DNA of 32,000 nt from Nitrospirota bacterium. GTDB lineage: Bacteria > Nitrospirota > Nitrospiria > Nitrospirales > UBA8639. The stretch lies in NCBI GenBank assembly GCA_003695915.1, contig RFGF01000065.1, forward strand, positions 35,759 through 67,758. The letters are read 5' to 3'. The stretch's first letter is position 1. The number at the start of each line of letters is the position of its first letter. A model generated the notes under the pieces. That model made no database searches. It saw nothing but the letters and a program-made list of their open reading frames with translations, and had not been told where the DNA came from. This document shows positions 1 to 7,736 of the stretch, in pieces. The translations under genes were made by a program, and so were the position numbers.

Positions 1-477
1 AATCGCCGTGGTCAAGCATTCAATCGTGTCACGATGCCCGGTATACGTTTTGTGAGGACCGAGCTTAAAAGCAAAAATTTGCTCCAGTTGCTTGATGGTT
101 CCTTGCTCATGGCCGGAAACGGCGGCGCTGGTTTTGGCCAAAGCGGTCACGAGCGCCTTCTGCACGGGCGTGCCTTCGAGGGGTTCGAGAAGATGCTGCG
201 CCATCAACAGGGCAGCATATTCCGAGGGGGACAGGGAAAGGCATGGAATGTGGCGATACCCATCCATCAGACGCCAGCGCACACGCCCCCCGATGCGTTC
301 GTTGACAATGGGATGACCGGCCGCTTCCAGGGCTTCGAGATCGCGACGAAGGGTTCTGGGGTGACGGGAATAATCGCGCGGCAGCGCGGCCGACAGCTCT
401 TCGAGCGTTTTTCCTCGAGCAGTGCTGAGCGCCTTGAGAATCAGCCATTGACGGATATGCTGATCGTTCCTGGCCAT
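1..477 (-). CDS. HTH transcriptional regulator, YafY/WYL-regulator family, N-terminal 159 codons (3' end lies beyond the window start)
   Basis: Manual codon-by-codon translation of the minus strand from ATG at 477 to base 1 gives 159 codons with no stop: MARNDQHIRQWLILKALSTARGKTLEELSAALPRDYSRHPRTLRRDLEALEAAGHPIVNERIGGRVRWRLMDGYRHIPCLSLSPSEYAALLMAQHLLEPLEG...TIECLTTAI. The winged-HTH plus linker pattern is typical of WYL-domain regulators. The WYL domain itself is not visible. The ORF is absent from the six-frame track because it has no stop in the window. Confidence 0.7.
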   Translation of the reverse strand, partial: MARNDQHIRQWLILKALSTARGKTLEELSAALPRDYSRHPRTLRRDLEALEAAGHPIVNERIGGRVRWRLMDGYRHIPCLSLSPSEYAALLMAQHLLEPLEGTPVQKALVTALAKTSAAVSGHEQGTIKQLEQIFAFKLGPHKTYTGHRDTIECLTTAI

Positions 478-519
478 AGAGCCACCAGACCTATTCTCAA
501 CCACGTACGGAGCGCCAAC

Positions 520-532
520 GTCTGAGTCAGAC
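520..532. promoter_or_regulatory. Perfect 13-bp palindrome GTCTGAGTCAGAC (6-1-6 dyad), candidate operator in the regulator/lhr divergent region
   Basis: Read directly from the sequence. It lies about 43 bp upstream of the regulator ATG (477). The half-site AGTCAG recurs at 653-658 next to the lhr -10-like hexamer. A regulatory role is inference. Confidence 0.35.
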
Positions 533-663
533 TAGCCGGGCACGTGGTCTTTAGGGGGCCGCCGATCACCACATGCATACCGCAATGGGCGAACACGATC
601 AAGCCTGCGTATCGTTGGCGATCCCGAACACTCACATCGTCTTTCCGTATCCAGTCAGTATGC

Positions 664-669
664 TATGAT
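664..669 (+). promoter_or_regulatory. -10-like hexamer TATGAT, 8 nt upstream of the lhr ATG (possible leaderless or very short-leader transcript)
   Basis: TATGAT is at 664-669 and the ATG is at 678. No Shine-Dalgarno sequence lies between them. Only a weak -35 (TTTCCG, 643-648) is present. Confidence 0.3.
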
Positions 670-677
670 CATGCGTC

Positions 678-3600
678 ATGCCGCTCTCCGCCTTTCATCC
701 GATCGTCGCCGAATGGTTTCGCGAGCGGATCGGAATACCCACGGATGTGCAACGCGCGAGCTGGCCGGCGATTCGCTCTGGTGCGCATGCCTTGATTGCC
801 GCACCGACGGGCTCCGGCAAAACGCTGGCAGCGTTTTTGACTTGTATCGACGAGCTGTTCAAGCGCGCGTTGGCCTGCGATTTGGACGATACGGTCCATG
901 TTTTGTATGTCTCACCGCTCAAGGCGCTCAGCAACGATATTCAACGCAATCTTCAAACCCCACTCGCCGAAATAATTCATCGCGCCCTGTCGGCGGGATT
1001 GTTGATGCCTCCGCTTCGCGTTGAAGTGCGCACCGGCGATACGCCCCAATCCGTTCGGCAACAACAACTTCGCCGCCCGCCCCACATCCTTGTCACCACA
1101 CCCGAATCGCTGTACCTGCTTCTGACGGCAGGCAAGAGCCGAGCGCTGCTCCGGCAGGTGCACACGGTCATTGTCGATGAAATCCATGCGGTCGCCTCCA
1201 CCAAGCGGGGGGCGCATTTGGCCTTGTCGTTGGAACGGCTGACCGCGTTGTGCGATCGGCCACCTGTGCGGATCGGTCTTTCGGCCACGCAACGGCCTTT
1301 GGAAGAGGTCGCCCGGTTTCTCGTCGGAGAAGCGCGGACCGATGCACTCATAGAGCACGGTCAATCGGAGCAGCTCAACTGTCGCATCGTGGACGTCGGC
1401 CAGCGGCGGGATATGGACCTTCATATCGAGATTCCCCGTGATGCATTAGGTGCCATCGCGACAAATGCGGTCTGGACAGACATTTACGATCGGCTCGCGG
1501 ACCTGGCACGTCGACATCGCTCGATGCTGGTGTTCGTCAACACGCGGCGCTTAGCGGAGCGCGTCGCCCATCATTTGGCCGAGCGGCTCGGCGAGGATCA
1601 CGTCGCATCGCACCACGGTAGCCTTTCGCGCAAACTGCGTCTTACCGCTGAGCAACGGCTGAAGCGCGGAGACATCCGCGTGATGGTCGCCACCGCCTCG
1701 CTCGAATTGGGCATCGATATCGGTCATGTCGAGCTCGTCTGCCAAATCGGCTCCCCTCGTGCGATTTCCACGTGCATTCAACGGATCGGTCGCGCTGGGC
1801 ATTGGATCGGGGCGGTGCCCAAAGGACGTCTGTTTGTCACGACCCGCGATGAATTGGCGGAGTGCGCCGCGGTGGTCCAAGCGATGCGCGTCGGCCGTCT
1901 CGACCCCGTCACCATTCCATCGGCTCCTTTGGACATTCTGGCGCAACAGGTCGTCGCCGAGATTGCCGCGCAAGAGCGGACCACCGACGATATCTATGCC
2001 CTCTGCACTCGTGCGTATCCATATCGGCATCTGACTCGCGATCAGTTCGAGCAGATCGTACACATGCTAGCCGATGGATATGTCCCGGGCCGACGTCGGC
2101 ACGCCCTCATCGCCTACGAGACGGCGAGCGGTCGACTTCGCCCTCGACGCGGAGCCCGATTGGTCGCGCTGACGTCGGGCGGGGCAATTCCCGATACGGC
2201 CTCCTACACCGTCGTTGCCGAACCGGAGGGCACAATCGTGGGCGCCGTGGATGAAGATTTTGCTGTGGAAAGCTTGGCCGGCGACATCATCTTGCTCGGC
2301 ACCGCTTCTTGGCGAATTCGCGGAGTGGAAACCGGAACCATGCACGTTGAAGATGCGCATGGGGCCCCACCGACCATTCCCTTTTGGCGCGGCGAGGCCC
2401 CGGCTCGCACCGGCGAGCTTTCTGCAGCCGTCGCGCGCCTTCGCGAACACATCAGCCAACTCCTGGAGCATGAGGGCTCCCATGCGCGACGCACGGCCCG
2501 CACCTGGCTGGAGCAAACCTGCGGCCTTGACGAGGGCGGTGCCGACCAACTGCTCGCCTATCTTGCAACCGGCAAACAACAATTGGGTGCCGTCCCGACT
2601 CAGGATCGTGTCATCGCCGAACGGTTCTTCGACGAAAGCGGCGGCATGCAATTGGTGATCCATGCGCCGTTCGGCGGCCGGATCAATCGCGCATGGGGCC
2701 TTGCGCTTCGCAAACGCTTGTGCACCACCTTCAACTTTGAACTTCAGGCTGCGGCCACGGACGACGGCCTTGTCCTCTCGCTCGGCGAACATCAGAGCTT
2801 TCCGCTCGACGCCGTTTTCGGATTCCTCCACTCGCACACCGTGCGCGACGTGTTGAGACAAGCCGTGTTGGGTTCGCCCCTGTTTACGACCCGATGGCGA
2901 TGGACCGTATCCCGAGCATTGGCTTTACCCCGCTTTCAACGCGGGCGAAAAGTCCCGATCCACATCCAGCGCATGCGAGCGGAAGATTTATTGGTGGCAG
3001 CATTCCCCATGGCCGTGGCCTGTCAAGACAATTATGTCGGAGACCGTCTCATTCCCGACCATCCGCTCGTGCAAGAGACCATGCACGATTGCCTCGCAGA
3101 GGCGATGGATCTCGACGGCCTCGTTCACGTTCTTCAGGGTATCGAGGAAGGACGGATTCGCACCTTGACCGTGGAATCGCCGGCGCCTTCATTGTTTTCC
3201 CACGAAATTTTGAACGCCAACCCCTACGCCTTCTTGGATGACGCGCCTTTGGAGGAACGCCGTGCACGGGCGGTCAATCTGCGGCGGATGCTTCCTGATG
3301 TCCAGGACCAGGTCGGGGCATTGGATCCCCAGGCTATTGAGGCCGTGATCGACGAAGCCTGGCCATCCGTCCGTGACGCCGACGAACTGTACGATCTCTT
3401 GTCACTGTTAATCTGGGTCCCAGAGCATGAACCGAAAGCCACCGAGTGGGACGCCTGGTTGTCTCTGTTGATTCGAGATGGACGGGCTGCCGCGGTCGAG
3501 ACGATACAAACGGACGGGGCTCGACTCCGCGGATGGACAACCGTTGAACATCTGCCTACGCTGATCCGGGTGTTTTCTCCTCCCCAGATCGCTTCTGCGC

Positions 3601-5108
3601 ATCCCGTGCTGTCGTCGGAATCTCCCCGCAGCGAGCCACAGACCAGCGAAGGAAGCCTCTCAACCGACGAAAGCGTGGAAGCGATCGTTCGCGGGTGGCT
3701 CGAGGTCTGTGGCCCCATCACGGCTTCGGCGTTAGCGGCAAAGCTCCACCTAGCCACCTCGCAGGTTCGGGGCGCATTACTCCGTTGCGAGCGTGAAGGG
3801 CTCGTGCTCCGTGGACGCTTTCGATCGACGATTCACCAGAATGCCCCCATGGCATCGCTATCGCCACAGTCGGCTCCCCCACACGTGCCAGAAGAGGAAT
3901 GGTGCCATCGCCGGTTACTGGCGCGCATGCATCATCGAACCGTGACCGCTCTCCGACGGGAGATCGAACCAGTGTCGGCGGCTGATTTCATGCGATTTTT
4001 GTTCCGTTGGCAACATCGCGCACCGGGATCGCAACTGCACGGAGACGATGGATTGCGGGCAATCATTGCCCAACTGGCGGGTTTCGAGGCGCCGGCCTCG
4101 GCATGGGAACGGTCTCTGCTCAAGGAACGTGTGTCCAATTATGAGCCTGAATTGTTGGACCGCTTGTGTTTGCGCGGTGAGGTGGCTTGGGGACGATTCA
4201 CATGGCCGGAGGCACTGTCCGCCTCAAAGGCCTTCACTGCGACCAACCATGAGCGTCGGGAGGGACTCTCAACAGAACGGCTAGGTCGTATGGTGACGCC
4301 TAGCAGCGCTGCACCCTTGAGCTTCTGCCTACGTGAAGATCTGTCCTGGTTGTTGACCTTGGCCAGACGCAAGATGCCATCGGCACCCGAAGCTCCTCGC
4401 CTCTTCCTGAGCGAGATCGCCTCCGATGTGTTGCGCGACCTGCAAGCGCAAGGAGCCAGTTTTTTTGCCGACCTCCAACGCAGCACAGGCCATCTTGCCG
4501 CTCAAATCGAAACCGCGCTCTGGGAACTGATCTCGGCCGGTCTGGTGACGGCTGATGGCTTCGACAACCTGCGGGCCTTGCTCGATCCCCGTCGGCGACG
4601 AGCCGAAGGAAAGGACCGAGCACGCCGACCACGACATAGCGCGGGACGATGGGCTCTGCTTCCCTGGTCACCGCATCGCGGAACGGCGACCGATCAGAGC
4701 TCGAGCTCGGCGATCGAGCGCTGGGCCCAGCAACTCTTGAGCCGATATGGCATCGTCTTCCGCGACCTCATCAAGCGGGAAGCCATCTCGATGGCCTGGC
4801 ATGAATTGCTTCGGGTCTATCGACGGATGGAATGGCGCGGTGACATTCGCGGAGGACGATTTGTCAGTGGGTGTACCGGCGAACAATTTGCGCTGCCGGA
4901 AGCCGTCGAGGCGCTTCGTGCCGTGCGACGCAATCCCCAACTCGGTGCGCAAGAGATGCTCCTCTCCCCAGCAGATCCGCTCAACTTGGTTGGCATCCTC
5001 ATTCCCGGCGAGCGTATTTCTCCATACACCACCAAACCGCTTCACTTTCGCAATGGGGTGCCGGTTGCTGAAGCAACTCCCTTTTCCATCCGCCGATTGA
5101 CGGGATAA
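678..5108 (+). CDS. lhr: ATP-dependent helicase Lhr (long form, SF2 DExH helicase with large C-terminal extension)
   Basis: 1476-aa ORF. Helicase motifs are visible in the translation: AAPTGSGKTLAAF (Walker A), VIVDEIHAV (DExH), GLSATQ, HHGSLS, ATASLELGIDIG and QRIGRAGH. These are followed by a DEAD/H-associated region (PLDILAQQVVA) and about 600 further residues, consistent with the long E. coli-type Lhr. Confidence 0.9.
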   Translation: MPLSAFHPIVAEWFRERIGIPTDVQRASWPAIRSGAHALIAAPTGSGKTLAAFLTCIDELFKRALACDLDDTVHVLYVSPLKALSNDIQRNLQTPLAEIIHRALSAGLLMPPLRVEVRTGDTPQSVRQQQLRRPPHILVTTPESLYLLLTAGKSRALLRQVHTVIVDEIHAVASTKRGAHLALSLERLTALCDRPPVRIGLSATQRPLEEVARFLVGEARTDALIEHGQSEQLNCRIVDVGQRRDMDLHIEIPRDALGAIATNAVWTDIYDRLADLARRHRSMLVFVNTRRLAERVAHHLAERLGEDHVASHHGSLSRKLRLTAEQRLKRGDIRVMVATASLELGIDIGHVELVCQIGSPRAISTCIQRIGRAGHWIGAVPKGRLFVTTRDELAECAAVVQAMRVGRLDPVTIPSAPLDILAQQVVAEIAAQERTTDDIYALCTRAYPYRHLTRDQFEQIVHMLADGYVPGRRRHALIAYETASGRLRPRRGARLVALTSGGAIPDTASYTVVAEPEGTIVGAVDEDFAVESLAGDIILLGTASWRIRGVETGTMHVEDAHGAPPTIPFWRGEAPARTGELSAAVARLREHISQLLEHEGSHARRTARTWLEQTCGLDEGGADQLLAYLATGKQQLGAVPTQDRVIAERFFDESGGMQLVIHAPFGGRINRAWGLALRKRLCTTFNFELQAAATDDGLVLSLGEHQSFPLDAVFGFLHSHTVRDVLRQAVLGSPLFTTRWRWTVSRALALPRFQRGRKVPIHIQRMRAEDLLVAAFPMAVACQDNYVGDRLIPDHPLVQETMHDCLAEAMDLDGLVHVLQGIEEGRIRTLTVESPAPSLFSHEILNANPYAFLDDAPLEERRARAVNLRRMLPDVQDQVGALDPQAIEAVIDEAWPSVRDADELYDLLSLLIWVPEHEPKATEWDAWLSLLIRDGRAAAVETIQTDGARLRGWTTVEHLPTLIRVFSPPQIASAHPVLSSESPRSEPQTSEGSLSTDESVEAIVRGWLEVCGPITASALAAKLHLATSQVRGALLRCEREGLVLRGRFRSTIHQNAPMASLSPQSAPPHVPEEEWCHRRLLARMHHRTVTALRREIEPVSAADFMRFLFRWQHRAPGSQLHGDDGLRAIIAQLAGFEAPASAWERSLLKERVSNYEPELLDRLCLRGEVAWGRFTWPEALSASKAFTATNHERREGLSTERLGRMVTPSSAAPLSFCLREDLSWLLTLARRKMPSAPEAPRLFLSEIASDVLRDLQAQGASFFADLQRSTGHLAAQIETALWELISAGLVTADGFDNLRALLDPRRRRAEGKDRARRPRHSAGRWALLPWSPHRGTATDQSSSSAIERWAQQLLSRYGIVFRDLIKREAISMAWHELLRVYRRMEWRGDIRGGRFVSGCTGEQFALPEAVEALRAVRRNPQLGAQEMLLSPADPLNLVGILIPGERISPYTTKPLHFRNGVPVAEATPFSIRRLTG

Positions 5109-5183
5109 GCACCCGTTAGATGAGTTCCAGTTGAAGCGCTGTCCTCTGGTTGCGTCCTCATTTCTTGGAGACCTCCTCCAATC

Positions 5184-5212
5184 TTGACCGATTCCAAAGC
5201 CTAGGCTAAGAT
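5184..5212 (+). promoter_or_regulatory. Sigma70-like promoter TTGACC-N17-TAAGAT placed 6 nt upstream of the ATG at 5219
   Basis: TTGACC is at 5184-5189, the spacer is 17 nt, and TAAGAT is at 5207-5212. The predicted transcription start coincides with the ATG. No Shine-Dalgarno sequence is present. Confidence 0.4.
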
Positions 5213-5218
5213 TCATGC

Positions 5219-5500
5219 ATGTCTCTGAACCCGTTTTCGTCCGGCTCGAACAATCCCTTTGCAAACAGGCAGGCGCAGCGATCGAGGGGATACGGCTATG
5301 CCCAAGAAGACCAATTCGGCGCCTTTCACGCGTCTTTACTGTATTGCCCTAAATGTCAAACGGCGACCCCCACGCGCGAACGTCTGTTGCTCGTTCTTCC
5401 TACCGGAAACCTCTACGAGTATTTGTGCGTTCAGTGCGGCACATCGACCGGCTCGAAAACCGATCATGAGCGGCAGGACATTCGTCTCTACGCACCGTAA
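5219..5500 (+). CDS. Small zinc-ribbon protein (93 aa), uncharacterised
   Basis: Two Cys pairs, CPKC...(29 aa)...CVQC, follow a Gly/Ser/Asn/Gln-rich N-terminus. Codon usage looks coding. No family was recognised. Confidence 0.55.
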   Translation: MSLNPFSSGSNNPFANRQAQRSRGYGYAQEDQFGAFHASLLYCPKCQTATPTRERLLLVLPTGNLYEYLCVQCGTSTGSKTDHERQDIRLYAP

Positions 5501-5533
5501 CTGTACTTCCCGCCTGCTCGATCCCCTGTGCAG

Positions 5534-7492
5534 CTATCGGCTTTCGTTTGAGCCCTCGGTCTCGTTGATTCTCTCATCGATCCTCTTGCACTCACCCTGC
5601 TCATCTTTGGGAACCGGTAAGCCTTCATACGCCATAATGCGGAGCGCATTGGTCGTCGGGCAGATTCCCGGACGTAACCGGTAGTCGAACTGCAATCGAT
5701 CGGCCTCGAGCGTCTCCTGAAAATGGGCATTGGCAATATGCGGGCTTTCCGCTTCGAGCTGGGCAAGCTCCAAATCGTGCGTGGTAATCAATCCCAAGCC
5801 GTAGCCCTGCTGAAGCGCGCGGATGAAGGCCCGACTCCCGAGTAGTCGTTCCCGATTGTTCGTTCCTTTGAAAATCTCATCGATGAGAAAGAGCACCGGA
5901 GGACCGGCCCGATCTTGCATGGCATCCAGCAATACTTTGAGCCGCTTCACCTCCGTATAGAAATACGAAAGCCCGTCTTCTAGCGAATCGCTGACGGCAA
6001 TGCAGCAGTAGACGCGCACCCAACTCCACTCGAACGATCGAGCACAGACCGGCGCGCCCGCTTGTGCCAGGCAGACATTGATACCCACCGTGCGCAAAAA
6101 CGTGCTTTTTCCCGACATGTTCGATCCTGTCACGAGGAGAATCTGTCCCAGCCCTCGCAAGTCGAAATCGTTGCCCACACGCCGTGACGGCGGGATGAGC
6201 GGATGGCCAAGATTTGTCGCCGTGATCTGGGGAGACGAATCATCGTGCGTGCCTTGGCGAAGAACCGGCCAACAATAATCAGGATTGAGATAGGCAAACG
6301 TCGCCAGCGACACGGCAGCGTCCACGGTCGCCAACCGATCGATCCACAGAGGCAACACGGTGGTAAGACGCCGGCAGGTCTGTTGCAGCCGAACGCTGAA
6401 ATACCAATCCCATGGGACGCAGGCATTGACCAGTAAGCGCGCAAACGGATGGACCTTGATGCTCAGGCCGTGAGACACTCTAGCCAACGAGGCGACAACG
6501 CTCGACAGCCGATCTGGCGCCGCCACCAGCGGGGCACAGAGTGCACCAAGGCCAGGGCTCATCTTCTTCCGACGCTCGAGAATGCTCGTGACCGCGTGAA
6601 GCTTCGCCAATTCATCGCGCAGGTCCAACACATACGCGAACAATGGCTTGAGTTGCCCAGAAGTCCTAAAGTACACCAAAGCATACACGCCAAACGAGAA
6701 AAGCCAGTAATTCGGCATTCCCATTCCCACAGACACCAGGAGCAATCCCCATGTGGTTCCACACAAAGCCAGGGACAAGACAAAGATCCAAAAAGCTTGC
6801 GGGAATGTTTGGGACGCCTCCACCAACGCTGTGATACGTGTTGTCTCGAACGTGTCGGCACTGATGATCCGTGCCGCTACAATGATCCGATCGCGCAGCA
6901 GCGCGAGCGGGGTGAGTTCCTTGATTAATGCCTGTCTCGTGCTCCAGGCCTCATCTGGCTTTTTTACCTCGTTTTGATTCAACAACCATTCCTTCAATCG
7001 CTTCTGTCCTTCCGATGACACCGTGAGATCGAGCAGCGCCAATAAGGAATGGGGACCGGTAATATCGAGATCGGCAGCGTAGGGATGATGCTGCGGGTGC
7101 GCGAACACACGCGGTGTCATTTGAGACCAATCCAAACGTAGCCGGGCTACTTGATCGACCTTGAGTTCGATCCAGATGCGGAGCCGTGCCAATCGACCTT
7201 CCAATCGATTATGATAATGTGCGATCAGCAAGAAGATGAGAAGGGCGAAGCCGGTCAGCGCATTTCCTGCGTGAAACCACGCTGCCTGGTACAATCCCAA
7301 AATCGTAGATGCACTGGCGACAAAGAACGCAACGCGCAAACGGCTGAGGCGTCGACTGACCGATTCCCCATGTCCGAGCAGGTCCCGAGCCCGTGCGATG
7401 CCGCGCTCGAACAGCGCTTCACGAATAGAAGGGCAGGAAGACATCATCGATTCGGCGGACCATAGCCAGATATCCGATCGCCGGTCAACCAT
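5534..7492 (-). CDS. MutS-related ATPase (MutS domain V) with a membrane-spanning N-terminal half and no mismatch-binding domain
   Basis: 652-aa ORF. Motifs are GSNMSGKSTFLRTVG (Walker A), LFLIDEIFKGTN (Walker B) and ITTHDLEL. Hydrophobic helices include VAFFVASASTILGLYQAAWF, ALTGFALLIFLLIAHY, FWIFVLSLALCGTTWGLLLVSV and YWLFSFGVYALVYF. No domain-I GxFYE-type motif is present. Confidence 0.8.
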   Translation of the reverse strand: MVDRRSDIWLWSAESMMSSCPSIREALFERGIARARDLLGHGESVSRRLSRLRVAFFVASASTILGLYQAAWFHAGNALTGFALLIFLLIAHYHNRLEGRLARLRIWIELKVDQVARLRLDWSQMTPRVFAHPQHHPYAADLDITGPHSLLALLDLTVSSEGQKRLKEWLLNQNEVKKPDEAWSTRQALIKELTPLALLRDRIIVAARIISADTFETTRITALVEASQTFPQAFWIFVLSLALCGTTWGLLLVSVGMGMPNYWLFSFGVYALVYFRTSGQLKPLFAYVLDLRDELAKLHAVTSILERRKKMSPGLGALCAPLVAAPDRLSSVVASLARVSHGLSIKVHPFARLLVNACVPWDWYFSVRLQQTCRRLTTVLPLWIDRLATVDAAVSLATFAYLNPDYCWPVLRQGTHDDSSPQITATNLGHPLIPPSRRVGNDFDLRGLGQILLVTGSNMSGKSTFLRTVGINVCLAQAGAPVCARSFEWSWVRVYCCIAVSDSLEDGLSYFYTEVKRLKVLLDAMQDRAGPPVLFLIDEIFKGTNNRERLLGSRAFIRALQQGYGLGLITTHDLELAQLEAESPHIANAHFQETLEADRLQFDYRLRPGICPTTNALRIMAYEGLPVPKDEQGECKRIDERINETEGSNESR

Positions 7493-7736
7493 CTAGACAG
7501 ACGATGTTCACGTCCGCCACGGTGCGACAAGACCAAAGACAGATGCAAACGGCGGCGGGATGAACGGAGGCGAAATGGCTTTTTGCCGACAACGGGCAAT
7601 GGTTCCCCAGCGCCTACGCTATCCCTTCAGGCTCGACGACGCATAGGCCCGTGCTTTCACGACATCGCCACGACCAGTCGCGGCAACAAACAATCCACCA
7701 AGCCCTCGACCATGTTCCACTGGTCATGCAATTGCG

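Noticed and set aside
34-525. Track ORFs 34..525 (+), 92..316 (+) and 107..448 (-) at the window start
   Set aside because: They have no recognisable motifs and Arg/Gly/Ala-rich shadow-type composition. A different minus-strand frame (477 to 1) is open throughout and gives a convincing HTH regulator, so these are overlapping shadow ORFs.
643-669. Possible mycobacterial RecA-NDp/PafBC-type promoter motif (tgtcRgtg-N8-TAnnnT, from memory) upstream of lhr
   Set aside because: GTCAGT at 654-659 resembles the core, but it is only about 4 nt from TATGAT instead of about 8. The flanking bases do not match. It is not claimed as that motif.
2067-2861. Long antisense ORFs inside well-supported genes (for example 2067..2861, 10564..11328, 13287..14156, 17463..18125, 21117..21782, 24451..25062, 28270..29313)
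   Set aside because: Each lies opposite a gene with clear family motifs. They have low-complexity Arg/Gly/Ser-rich translations with no motifs. Such ORFs are a typical artefact of GC-rich coding regions.
7575-7646. 23-codon ORF (MAFCRQRAMVPQRLRYPFRLDDA) with GGAGG 4 nt upstream, in the MutS-like/prmA divergent region
   Set aside because: It is too short and featureless to support, and the Shine-Dalgarno spacing is short. No other evidence is available from the sequence.
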